Below are positions 52,214 to 63,646 of a stretch of 64,000 nt of DNA, piece after piece (position 1 is the stretch's first letter; every line of letters begins with the position of its first letter). This DNA comes from Mobula birostris. Taxonomy: Eukaryota. The position numbers were made by a program, and so were the translations under genes. Location of the stretch: NCBI RefSeq assembly GCF_030028105.1, contig NC_092377.1, positions 35,708,782 to 35,772,781 of the forward strand. The letters run 5' to 3'. The notes under the pieces were generated by a model. It was not told where the DNA came from, did not search any database, and saw nothing but the letters and a program-made list of their open reading frames with translations.

Positions 52214-53214
52214 CTAAAAAGCACTATTTACAGAAGTTGCATTAAGGATAACCTGAATGAAATATATTGCCTCTAAGAACTTTTGTTGCTAGACTTTGTA
52301 AAAATTAGGAAAACCAAAAGAGCCAGAGTAAATGTGTTACTCTGAATGGGGAGAAAAAGCAGCATGGATTGAACAGTGAAGCCCAACCTTACTACATTGT
52401 AATTATAGGCTTTTCTTCTGACCCCATGATCATCTCATTTTCATCCCTCTTTCCACCTTCCATCCAGCACCCCCTTTATCTATCTTTGTCTCCTTTCCCC
52501 TCTATCCATCAACTTCTCACACCAGCTTTCTACCCCTGCCTTGTTCACCTGTGCTTTCTCCACAGATGGCTCCCATTCTCAACTCCTTTACTCAGTAGAA
52601 AGCAGCACTAGTGCTCCTGCTCACCTCCCTTCAGCAGCGGTCTCCCACCATTTCGCTATCCTCCCCTGCACCTCCTCCCCCCTCCAGATTGCTCCGTTTG
52701 GTATTTTATCTTTTACCTCTCTCATTTTGTCTGCTTTCAACTATCATTCACCTGCCACAGACTTCCAACTCCACGCCCACTCCCCTTTCCTACATAGCGC
52801 TACCTGCCTGCTTCAATTGCCTCAGATTCCTTTCTTTCCACTCCCCTTCTCTTCTCTATGGCCATCTCCGGGCTCAAGTCCTGATATAGGGTTTCAGCCC
52901 AAAGCATCGACAATTCAGTTGCTCACACCGATGCTGTTCAACCCATTGAATTCAAATTCTCCAGCAGGGTATGTTGCTGAGTCTATTGTAGTTCCAAACC
53001 GCTGCCAATAGAGGCTCTCAGTCATCCACACATTCTCTGAAGTGAATGAAAATTTTTCTGGGCACTATTTCCTGGAACTTATTGCACTCGTTCAGTTTAT
53101 ACAATAAGGACATCACAAGCAGGGCCTGCATTAATTGCCTTTCCTAACTTTCCCCAAGGTGATGGTGACATATCTTCTCGTTCTCCTATTATTATATTTG
53201 GTGAAGGCATTTAC

Positions 53215-54268
53215 CTTGGTGAAGTTTAAGGCGACAATTGGAAACTACCCTCAAACTTGCTTTGATCAGTGTTTGCTGGAAACAGTCATTGCCCAGCTCC
53301 TGCTTACTTGAATATTGTTTGTCATTTATCACCCCATGCATAAAAGTCTTGAGAGTGTTCTTGCAGCAAGCATAGCTGACTAGTTCTGAGGAGCTGCAAA
53401 TAGGACTGAACATACCAAACATTTCATTTCTGGCCCTATATTGCAAGAAAGGCCATTGATGAAGCAACTGCAGTTGGTTGGGTGCAAGGCACTGCAGGAG
53501 TTACTCAAGTCAAAATTGGAATCAGGACTTCCAAAAACCACAACACATCCGTTTGCAAGCAAAATACTGCTGGCATTGCAAATACAAGTGATTTTGCAGA
53601 TGCTGTAATGTTGAGCAACACACTCAAAATGCTGTAGGACCTCACCAGATCAGGCAGCATCTATGGAAGAGAATAAACAGTTGATGTTTTGGATGGAGGC
53701 CCCTCATCAGGACTTGAAAGGAAGGGGGCAGAAGCCAAGTTACAAAGGGAGGAAGGTGATGTGTGAGACCAAGAGAGGGTAAAGAGAGGTGGGTGGGATG
53801 AAGTTAGGAAGCTAGGATATGATATGTGGAGGAGGTAAGGGGCTAAAGAGAGAGAAATCTGGTAGGAGATGACAGTGGACCATGAAAGAAAGGGAAGCAG
53901 GGGAACCAGAGAAATATAAGGGCAGTTGAGCAGAAAAGGGGTGAGAAGGTAACTAGAATGGGGAATTGAGAAAAGTTAGGGAGGGGCAGTAGAGAGAAAT
54001 TACTTGAAGTTACAGAAATTGAGGTTGGAGGCTTTACAGATAGAATAAGGCGTTGCTTCCAGCTTCTTTCCCCCAGCCCCGCTCACAAACCAGCTTGTAC
54101 CCCTTCCCCTCCCCCTAACTTCTTATTCTGATTCCTTCTCCCTTCTTTTCCAGCCATGGCGAACAACCACAGCCTAAAACATCGGCTATTTATTCCTCTC
54201 CATAGATGCTGCCCTACTTGCTGAGTTCCTCCAGAATTTTATGTGTTGCTACAGCTGGCATCGGATAC
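53215..54268 (-). pseudogene. Exon relic (LamG/pentraxin-like 1) split by a PLE insertion at 53577-54249
   Basis: Acceptor tttgtgttttag, donor AAG|gtaaat. Without the insertion it reads VSDASSILLANGCVVVFGSPDSNFDLSNSCSALHPTNCSCFINGLSCNIG.., then after a frameshift ..KQELGNDCFQQTLIKASLRVVSNCRLKLHQ(G). Confidence 0.7.
53577..54249. mobile_element. Older inverted-pLTR PLE insertion inside a pseudogene exon
   Basis: Reverse pLTR with tail, then forward pLTR end. TSD tactgctggcat (53565-53576) and tacagctggcat (54250-54261). Confidence 0.85.
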
Positions 54269-54478
54269 CTAAAACACAAACATTAGAGGTATTCAACCAT
54301 TGGGGAAGCATTTACAGGGAGAGGAATTAATATTTCATCAAAATTGTGCTGATTACAAAGTTATTCATATGAAAGATTAGTTCCACTCTCTATGGATACT
54401 GTTCAACTTTTGGGGCATTTCAATAGTTTGTATTTTATTTCATCTTTTTTTCAAATATACAATCAGCCAATGAAGAGA

Positions 54479-57300
54479 GACCACAAGACCATAAGATATA
54501 GGAGCAGAAGTAGGCCATTTAGCCCATCGAGTCTGCTCTGCTATTCAATTATGGGCTGATCCAATTCTTCCAGTCATCCCCACTCCCCTGCCTTCTCCTC
54601 ATACCCTTTGATGCCCTAGCTAATCAAGAACTTATCTACCGCTGCCTTAAATGTACCCAATGACTTGGCCTCCACAGCCGCTTGTGGCAACATATTCCAT
54701 AGATTTACTACCTCTGACTAAAGTAATTTCTCCGCATCTCAGTTCTAAAAGGACGTCCTTCAAACCTGAAGTCATGCCCTCTTGTCGTAGACTCCCCAAC
54801 CATGTGAAATAACTTTGCCATATTTAATCTGTTCAGGCCTTTTAATATTCGGAATATTTCCATGAGATTCCCCCCCTTATTCTCCTGAACTCCAGAGAAT
54901 ACAGCCCAAGAGCTGCCAGGTGTTCCTCATACAGTAACCCTTTCATTCCTGGAATCAATCTTGTGAATCTTCTCTGAACTCTCTCCAACGTCAGCATATC
55001 CTTTCTAAAATAAGAAGCCCAAAATTGCACACAATACTGCAACTGTGATCTCACGAGTGCCTTATAGAGCCTCAACAACACATCCTTGCTCTTATATTCT
55101 ATACCTCTAAAAATGATTGCCAACATTGTATTCCCCTTTTCACCACCGACTCAACCTGAAGGTGAATCTTTCGGGTATCCTGCACAAGGACTCCCAAGTC
55201 CCTTTGCATCTCTGCATTTTGAATTCTCTCCCCATCTAAATAATAGTCTGCCTGTTTATTTCTTCCACCAACGTGCATGACCATACACTTTCCAACATTG
55301 TATTTCATTTGCCACTTCTTTGCCCATTCCCCTAAACTATTTAAGTCTCTCTGCAGGCTCTCTGTTTCCTCAACACTAACCACTCCTCCACCTATCTTTG
55401 TATCATCGGCAAATTTAGCCACAAATCCATTAATCCCATAATCAAAACCATTGACATACATCATAAAAAGCAGTGGTCCCAACCCTGACCCCTGAGGAAC
55501 TCCACTGGTAACCAGCAGCCAGCCAGAATAGGATCCCCTTATTCCCACTCTGTTTTCTGCTGATAAGCCAATGCTCCACCCATGCTAGTAACTCCGCTGT
55601 AATTCCATGGGCTCTTATCTTGCTAAGCAGCCTCATGTGTGGCACCTTGTCAAAGGCCTTCTGACAATCCAAGTACATCACATCTATTGCATCTCCTTTG
55701 TCGACCCTGCTTGTAATTTTCTCAAAAAATTGCAATAGGTTAGCCAGGCCAGACTTTCCTTTCAGGAAACCATGCTGGCTTTGGCCTATCTTGTCATGTA
55801 CCTCCAGGCATTCCATAATCTCATCCCTAACAATTGATTCCAACAACTTCCCAACCACTGAGGTCAGGCTAACAGGTCTATAGTTTCCTTCCTGCTGCCT
55901 TCCATCCTTCTTCAATAGCAAAGTAACATTTGCAAGTTTCCACTCATCCGGTACAATGCCAGAATCTATCGATTCTTGAAAGCTCATTGTTAATGCCTCC
56001 GCAATCTCTCCAGCTACTTCCTTCAGAACCCGAGGGTGCATTCCATCAGGTCCAGGAGATTTATCCACCCTCAGACCATTAAGCTTCCTGAGCACCTTCT
56101 CAGTCGTAATTTTCACTGTAAATACTTCACTTCCCAGACACTCTTGAATGTCTGGTATACTGCAGATGTCTTCCACTGTGAAGACTGATGCAAAATACAC
56201 ATTCAGTTCCTCTGCCATCTCTGCATCTCTCATTACAATACCTCCAGCGTCATTTTCTATTGGTCCTATATCTACCCTCAACTCTCTTTTACCCTTTATA
56301 TACTTAAAAAAATCTTTTAGTATCTTAGAAACATAGAAAGCTTACAGCACAATACAGGCCCTTCGGCCCACAAAGCTGTGCCGAACATATCCGTACCTTA
56401 GATATTGCCTAGGGTTACCCATAACCCTCTATTTTTCTAAGATCCATGTACCTATCCAGGAGTCTCTTAAAAGACCATATCATATCTGCCTCCACCAACG
56501 TCCCCGACAGCCCATTCCATGCACTCACCACTCTCTGCCTAAAAAACTTAGCCCTGACATCTCCTCTGTACCTATTCCCCAGCACCTTAAACCTGTGTCC
56601 TCTTGTGGCAACCATTTCAGCCCTGGGAATAATCCTCTGACTATCCACATGATCCATGCCTCTCATCATCTTGTATACCTCTCATCCTCCATCGCTCCAA
56701 GGAGAAAACACCAAGTTCACTCAACCTATTCTCATAAGGCATGCTCCCCAATCCAGGCAACATCCTTGTAAATTTTCTCTGCACCCTTTCTATGGTTTCC
56801 ACATCTTTCCTGTAGTGAGGGCAGTACTGCAAGTGGAGTCTGACCATGGTCCTATATAGCTGCAATATTACCTCTTGGCTCAAACTCAATCCCATGGTTG
56901 ACGAAGGTCAATGCACCGTACACCTTCTTAACCACAGAGTCAACCTGCGCAGCAGCTTTGAGTGACCTATGGACTCGGACCCCAAGATCCCTCTGATCCT
57001 CTACACTGCCATCATATTTGACCTACCAAAGCCCAGCTGTAACCTCTGACAGCCCTCCAAACTATCCAAAACACCCCCAATCTTTGTCAGCAGCAAACTT
57101 ACTAATCCATTTGATACTTCTTTGATATTAGTCACCAGCTTCCTTTCATAATTCATACTTTCCTACCTAATGACCTTCTTAGTTTCCTTCTGCAAGTTTT
57201 TAAAAAGTTTTCCAATCCTCTATCTTCCCACTAGCTTTGGATTCCTTGTATATCCTCTCTTTTGTTTTTACCTTGGCTCTGATTTCACTTGTCAGCCACA
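54479..57300 (-). mobile_element. Relatively young CR1 LINE ORF2 (RT, frameshifted) with a second CR1 3' fragment (about 56326-57108) nested in it
   Basis: ORFs 55442..56281, 55099..55548 and 54842..55126: KSPGPDGMHPRVLKE, NYRPVSLTS, YLDCQKAFDKVPH, GVPQGSGLGP, KFADDTK. Confidence 0.95.
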
Positions 57301-57454
57301 AAGAATTCTCTTTGATTCCCAGTTTAAAAAGGGATCCTTGGGGATCCCATTTGAATCCATCCCATTTCTCATGATGGCAATATCACTTAACAGAGTGAAG
57401 GGTATCCTTAATGTAAAGGCAGTGCCCACAAGGATGTTGTATTGCCAGTCCTAC

Positions 57455-57804
57455 CAATGGGATAATAGACAGATATATCTGCAGTAGACAGACTGGCATG
57501 GAGAAGATCAATTTGGTTTAGTGTCATGTTGCTTCTCTCATCATCTTGAACAGTTATGTTTTTCAGAATGTTCAGTCAATGATAGTTGCCTTTGGACCAG
57601 GACATGCCCAGAGATTGTGAGAGTCCAGTATTTTGGCAGTTATGACTCTGCTGTATGGTTATTTCAGGAAGTTCCTGGTCATCTTGTGCAACAAGTATTC
57701 CAAATATTCTATGTGCAAAATAGAAGGAATTTTAAAAAAATATTCAATGAACATCCATGGAAGAGATTTTAAGACCACAAACCAGAATAAAGCAAAAAAA
57801 AAAC
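57455..57804 (-). pseudogene. Exon relic leading into LamG-like domain 1
   Basis: Acceptor catttgctttgcag (alternative at 57708); donor TTG|gtagga is uncertain. FFFCFILVCGLKISSMDVH*IFF*NSFYFAHRIFGILVAQDDQELPEITIQQSHNCQNTGLSQSLGMSWSKGNYH*LNILKNITVQDDERSNMTLNQIDLLHASLSTADISVYYPI, with sequons NIT and NMT. Confidence 0.6.
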
Positions 57805-57944
57805 CTGCAAAGCAAATGAGGAGTCAGGACTGTTTTTTTGTGCAGAATGCATTGAGTGCTCATATACTTAATTGAAGTTATCTTTAAGATACCTTCCACA
57901 AAACCTAATTCATTGATTTCCAGGTATAATATTGACAATATTGT

Positions 57945-58185
57945 TTTTTTTTTTAATTTACAGATACAACACAGTAACAGGCCCCTCTGGCCCAACAAGC
58001 ACAAGCCACTCAATTACACCCATGTGACTAATTAACCTTCTAGCCCACATGTCTTAGGAATGGGGGAGGAAACTAGAGCACCCAAAGGAAGCCCAGTCAC
58101 AGAAGAATGTACAAACTCCTTACAGACAAATGCAGAATTGAACCCTGCAGCTTGCACTGAGATAGCATCACACTAATTGCGACAC
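57945..58185 (-). mobile_element. V-SINE (HE1-like) with a CR1-derived tail
   Basis: Reverse complement contains gggcttcctttgggtgctctagtttcctccccattcctaagac and the CR1-type 3' end gggccagaggggcctgttactgtgttgta. Confidence 0.75.
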
Positions 58186-58893
58186 TACAAGCCACCCACT
58201 CACTTGTTTCAATCCACATTCTAAGAAAATACAAAAAGGCTTCAAGTCCCCACTTGAGAAACAAACCAAAAAATAAATTAAGCATGTTTGATTCAGATTA
58301 GATTGGGCAAAGTGAGGTACAGACAACAGCAAAGAAAAATCACCATAGCTGTGCATTTTGGAATGCTTCTATCAAAATCTCCAAGAGATTATTTCACCAA
58401 GTTCTCTCCAGTGTATTTTACAGCATCCCCAAAATTGAAATAACAAAATCAATTTTTAAATTTTGATGCTCTGCATTGGCATGAAACCCTCAGTGCTTGA
58501 ATTCATTTAGAAAATTAGACATGCATTTTGGATTTCACAAACACAATTTTTTTGTGAAGATAGACATGTAGGGAATTATGTTAAATCACTGGCATATAAT
58601 TATGTATGCACCCATAAACATGGGCTTTAAGTCAGAACATTTCATAAAACAATTTTAAAACTAGATCAGTATTTTAATTGAGAAGTGTAGCAGAGATCTA
58701 TACAATAATGTCTTTACCCAATAATTTTAGTGTAACAGCTTCTCTTTCACAGGTATTTTCTCTTCTTATTTTCTGATTTCTACCAGCTGCATTTTTAAAA
58801 AAATTTTGTATTCATGACTTGCTTCCTGCTTCCCAAGAGCAATTCTACAATCTGGTTATTATTTTGGTTTCATCTCTCCAAAGTAAAAGTTAC

Positions 58894-59044
58894 TGCTCAA
58901 CATTACAATTACAATTAACAGTGCACTGATGATGCCTCCTCATATGTGACAAAACCTTTGCAAGTAGACTACCAAGATCGAAGAGCAACTCAACCATCCG
59001 AGTTACACATTTTCTGAATTATTTCCAGTTCCAAATACATTGCA
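58894..59044 (-). pseudogene. Exon relic (151 nt, phase 1 to 2)
   Basis: Acceptor ttttgcatttag, donor CA|gtaact. (V)QCIWNWK*FRKCVTRMVELLFDLGSLLAKVLSHMRRHHQCTVNCNCNVE, similar to exon 41318-41614. Confidence 0.55.
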
Positions 59045-59219
59045 CTAAATGCAAAAGTCCTTAAATCAGACAGGAAAGGCTGAGAGAAAAGTGGTAATAT
59101 CGCTAAACACACCATGATAAGAATTATTAGTTCTGTACCTGTAAATTTACACTCCTTTTTCTGCAAATTTCACCAGAATTTCTTTTGTCTCAGGTGACTT
59201 GCAATGGCAGAATATTCAC

Positions 59220-59346
59220 CTTGGTCCATGTCATCAGTTCTTCATCTGAGTAGAATTATTTGCATCAGAGTATACAGTATAACATTATTTCCTCTATATG
59301 CTGACTTTCTAAAGTGGTTGTCAGGACCTCCATAACTCTTTGATCT
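59220..59346 (-). pseudogene. Exon relic (127 nt, phase 0 to 1)
   Basis: Strong poly-T acceptor, donor AAG|gtgaat. RSKSYGGPDNHFRKSAYRGNNVILYTLMQIILLR*RTDDMDQ. Confidence 0.5.
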
Positions 59347-60462
59347 CTGAAAAAAAAAAGTGGAAACAGATTATGGTACCTTATGAACAAAAGTTCCCCG
59401 CCCACATAAAATTGTCATTAGGCAGGAATATTTGCAAACATGTACCAAAAGTACTCTGTTGGTTGCAGATTTCAAAATTTAGATCAAACAATAAACTTTG
59501 CATATCTATAGAGTATAAATGGGAGCTAAATGGGGCTTAATCTCACTTGCAAATTTTCATATACAATACCCAGAGTTTCAAGTGCACGCAAACAAAATTG
59601 AACACTTTGTATCAAGCAGTGCAATTCCATGTTGCTGTTTTGTTATAATTGTTCTTTAACCACTCACCAAATTAAATGTAGCATCTATTGGTTTGTGAAT
59701 GACAACCCTGGCAGCAGCTGTGTGCTGTGAGGAAGATGCAAAGAGATTCTTGTATGATTCAGAGAGTTTGAGGGATTACGTGGATCCATGTCAAATGAAG
59801 GACAAAGTGGATAAATACAGGGTTATTCACTTTGGTGGCAAGAACAGAATAGCAGATTATCTCACTTTTGACAGATTAAGAAAGGGGAAGTAACCTTCTT
59901 TGTACACCAGTAGATGAAGGTAACTATACAGAGGCAATAAACAGTTAAGGTGGAAAATAGTACATTTGCCTTTATAACTATTACAGGAGCACAGATGGCT
60001 TACTGTAATTGTACCAGAACAGTTAGCGCACATTTTGTGTTCAGTTTTGTTCTCCTTATCCAAGGGAAGTGTTTTTGCAAAGGAGGGAGTACAACAAAAG
60101 GTTCACTTGACTAAATTTGAGGTGGCAGAACCAATTCCTCAACGGATTGGGTTGACAGTGTACATCTTCCATAGAGTTTAGAAGAATGAGAATAAATCTC
60201 ACTGAGACTTGAAATCCCAACAAGACCAGACTGGCTAGATGCAGCAAGGGATTCCCAGTGGTATAGTCTACACCACAGGGTCTTACATAAAGATAAACGG
60301 GAGGATGGAAATAAGGAGAATTTCTTCAACTAGCATAGTGAACCTGTGGAATTCTCTAGATTAGGCCAAATTATTAAATACATTCCCAGAGTACAAAATA
60401 GTTCTAGTTAAAGGGATCAACGAGAAAACAGACATTTCTATGATTTTGCACATTTTAACTAC

Positions 60463-60662
60463 CTGGAAATGTCAGATGTAAACAGTACCAGATTTATCTT
60501 GTGGCAAAACAACCCAACATGTACAGTAATCTATTTTCATCTAAAAATATTCAATAGTTTGGACACCAGTTCAAACGTTCTAATGCATGAACGAGAACAT
60601 ACAAGTAGACACTGCAACGGGATGTCCACAGGTGCTTTGATGAGAAGTGTCTTCAATTACAT
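60463..60662 (-). pseudogene. Exon relic (Cys repeat 1, FZ-CRD-like; stops plus frameshift)
   Basis: Acceptor ttctcacctcag, donor CAG|gtagtt. Reads M*LKTLLIKAPVDIPLQCLLVCSRSCIRTFELVSKLLNIF, then after a frameshift MKIDYCTCWVVLPQDKSGTVYI*HFQ. CSRSC recurs in exon 25141-25396. Confidence 0.55.
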
Positions 60663-60689
60663 CTGAGGTGAGAATTATAGGGTTGCACA

Positions 60690-61520
60690 ACTTGGAAAAG
60701 GCCCTATAAACCAACTCCCCCATGCAGACCAAATTATCCCTCTGATTTAATCCACATTCCTGTGCATAGCCCTCAACACCTCAAAACTTTCCTAAACACA
60801 TAACTGTCCAAATGTTTTCAAATTAGCAATTGCACCCTCTGCAGCTTCCTTTGGGTGCTCACTCAATGCATCCACCATCCTCTGTGTGAAAAGGAACCCG
60901 ATGGGCAACTTTTAAATCTTTCACCTCCCACCATAAACTTATGCCCTCTAGTTCTAGATTTACCCTAGGAAGGCTGAAAATTCTGTAGCCCCAGGCAGAG
61001 AAATTTCTTTAGCCACAGGGTGGTGAACTTGTGAAGTTTGTTACCACAGGCAGCTGTGGAGGTCAGGTCACTGGGTGTATTTAAGGCAGAGCTTGATAGG
61101 TTCTTGATTGGACATGGCATCAAACATTACGGGAGGCCAGGGAGTGGGACTGAGGGGAAGAAAAAAGATCAGCCTTGGCAGAGAAGACTTGATGGGCCAA
61201 ATGGCCTAATTCTGCTCATATATCTTATGGTCTTATGGCCGTAATCCACATTACCTGCACCTATCATGATATTAAAACGTCTATAAGGTCTATCCTCAAA
61301 TTGCGATATTCCAAGAAATACCACCATAAAAGCCCCTCGTAACTCAAGCCCTTCAGGAACAGTAGCATCCTTGTGAATCTTTTCCTCTAGTTTAATTACA
61401 TTGGGCAACCAGAAGTGCACACAATCGTCTAAATGCAGTCTTATTATCAATTTACATAGTTGCAACATGGCATCCCGATTCCCATATTCAATGCCTTTAC
61501 AGATGAAGACCAGTGAGCTA
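60690..61520. mobile_element. CR1 fragments in both orientations
   Basis: LPQAAVEVRSLGVFKAELDRFL on +; KGIEY..LIIRLHL on -. Confidence 0.75.
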
Positions 61521-61794
61521 AACTTTGGTTCCACTGGAACAATTCTAAAACTTTAGCATTGTTTGCTTAATGGCCCATTCTTTTCTGTTCTTTGTAACCT
61601 TCCTCAGCTCAACATTAATCCATTATAACAGTGTTCTTTCAATTTGGTTTTCTTGAGAACCTCTGATTTGTTTTAAAACAATATTCTACCATTCTAGTGG
61701 AGTTTTCCATTACAAGGTTTCTCCAAAAGTATCTTCCCTTAGATTTCTACATTTTATTCTAGAGTCATACAGCACATTGTCAACCTTTTTACCC

Positions 61795-63606
61795 ATTCGT
61801 GATACCTCTCTTTTACACTTTATGTATCCGAAGAAAATTTTGGTACCCTCTCTCTAACTTTATTGGCTAGCTTACTTTCATATTCCATCTTTACCTTCTT
61901 ATGACTTTTTAAAGTTGCATTCTGATGGTTTTTAAAACCTTCCCAATCCTCCGACTTCCCTTTAATTTTTGCTCTATTATATGCCCTCTCTTTGGCTTTT
62001 ATGTCAGCTTTCACTTCTCTTTGGTTGTGTCATCTTTCCCTTTTATGTCAGCTTTCACTTCTCTTTGGTTGTGTCATCTTTCCTTTAGAATATTTCATCT
62101 CCTTTGGGATGTATATATCCTGTGCCTTCTGAATTACTTTGAGAAATTTCAGCCATTGCTATTCTGCCATCATCCCTGCTAGTGTTCTTTTCCAAACAAT
62201 TCTGACCAACTCCTCTCTCGTGCCACTGTAATTCCCTTTACTCCATTGTAATACTGATACATCTGACTTTAGCCTCTCCTTCTCAAATTTCAGGGTGAAT
62301 TTGATCATATTATGATCACTTGCCCCTAAGGGTTCTGTTAATTTAAGTTCTGCAATCAATTCCGGTTCATTGCACAACATCTGGTCCACAATAACTGATC
62401 CCTTAGTGGGCTCAACCATGAACTGCTCTAAAAAGCCATCTTGTAGGCTTTCTAGAAATTTCCCTTCCTGAAATCCAGCCCCAACCTGATTTTCCCAATC
62501 TACCTGCATATTGAAATCACCCACGACTATTGTAACATTGCTGTTTTGCATGCATTTTCTATCCCCCATTGTAATTTGTAGGCCACATCCTTACTACTGT
62601 TTGGGGGTCTGTATACAACTCCCAACTGGGTAATTTTACCCTTGCAGTTCCTTAGCTCTATCCACAAAGATTCAATATCTTCTGACCCTCTGTCACCTCT
62701 TTTTAATGATTAAATTTCATTTTTTCCACCAGAGTCACACCACCCCCTCAGCCTTCCTGCCTGTCCTTTCAGTACCATGTGTATCCTTGGACATTAAGCT
62801 CCCTGCTATAGTCATGATTCAACATCATATCTTCCAATCTGCAACTGTGCTACAAGTTCATCTACCCTATTCCGTATACTGTGCACATTCAAATATAAAA
62901 CCTTCAGCTCTGTAAGCACCCTTTTCAATTACATCTGCCTTTTAATGTTGCAATTCATCCTTTTGACTGCAATTTTGCCCAATCAACCACGTCTCCTCAC
63001 TTTGTCTTCAGCACTATTATCTGCCTTTCCTACGATACTTCTTGCATTGAAATATATGCAGCTCAGGACACTAGCCACACTACGCCCAACCTTTTGATTC
63101 CTAAATTTGTCTGAGCTCTTATCAACATCTGCTTCCACAACCTCTCTACTAACTATTCTGGCACTCTGGTTCTCTTACCCCTATAACTCTAGTTTAAACC
63201 CCCACCATTAACAAACCTTACCACTAAGATATTAGTCCCCCTCTAGTTCAGGTGAAAACCATCCCTTCTGTACAGGTCCCACCTTCTCTGGAAGAGACAC
63301 CAATGATCCAAAAATCTTATGCCCCCTCCCCTATTCCAACTCCTTAGCCACATATTAAACTGTAGTTCTGACCTCACGAGCACATGGTACAGGTAGCAGT
63401 CCTGAGATTATAACCCTGGAGGTCCTGCCCTATAATTTAGCACCTAACACTCCGAACTCCCTATGCAGAACTTCGTCACTTGTCCTACTCATGTTATTGG
63501 TACCTACATGGACCACGTCTTCTGGCTGTTCACCCTCCCACTGGAATGCTGAGGACTCGATCCGAGATACCCCAGACTCTGGCACCTGGGAGGTAACATA
63601 CCATCC
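61795..63606 (-). mobile_element. CR1 LINE 5' portion (ORF1 esterase plus APE)
   Basis: IVVGDFNM, PLGASDHNMIKF; the ORF1 region is homologous to 24130-24550. Confidence 0.9.
61997..62083 (+). repeat. 44-bp perfect tandem duplication inside a CR1
   Basis: ttttatgtcagctttcacttctctttggttgtgtcatctttcc occurs twice back to back. Confidence 0.9.
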
Positions 63607-63646
63607 ACATGCGATGGCTGATTTTTTTTTAAAACAAGGGAAATTA

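Larger units (their letters stand above)
866..60662 (-). pseudogene. Large multi-exon intron-containing pseudogene of an unrecognised Cys-rich extracellular/cell-surface protein; probably extends beyond both ends of the exons found
   Basis: About 20 AG..GT-bounded segments in non-repeat DNA, mostly phase-compatible in order. Internal protein repeats recur between distant exons. There are multiple in-frame TGA/TAA stops, and TE insertions within three exons. Confidence 0.78.

Noticed and set aside
866-60662. Many in-frame stops are TGA, suggesting a multi-selenocysteine or readthrough protein
   Set aside because: TAA stops (14.0k, 25.2k, 29.1k, 39.4k, 59.0k), frameshifts and exonic TE insertions also occur, and several TGAs sit at expected Trp/Gly positions. 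Ordinary decay explains this.
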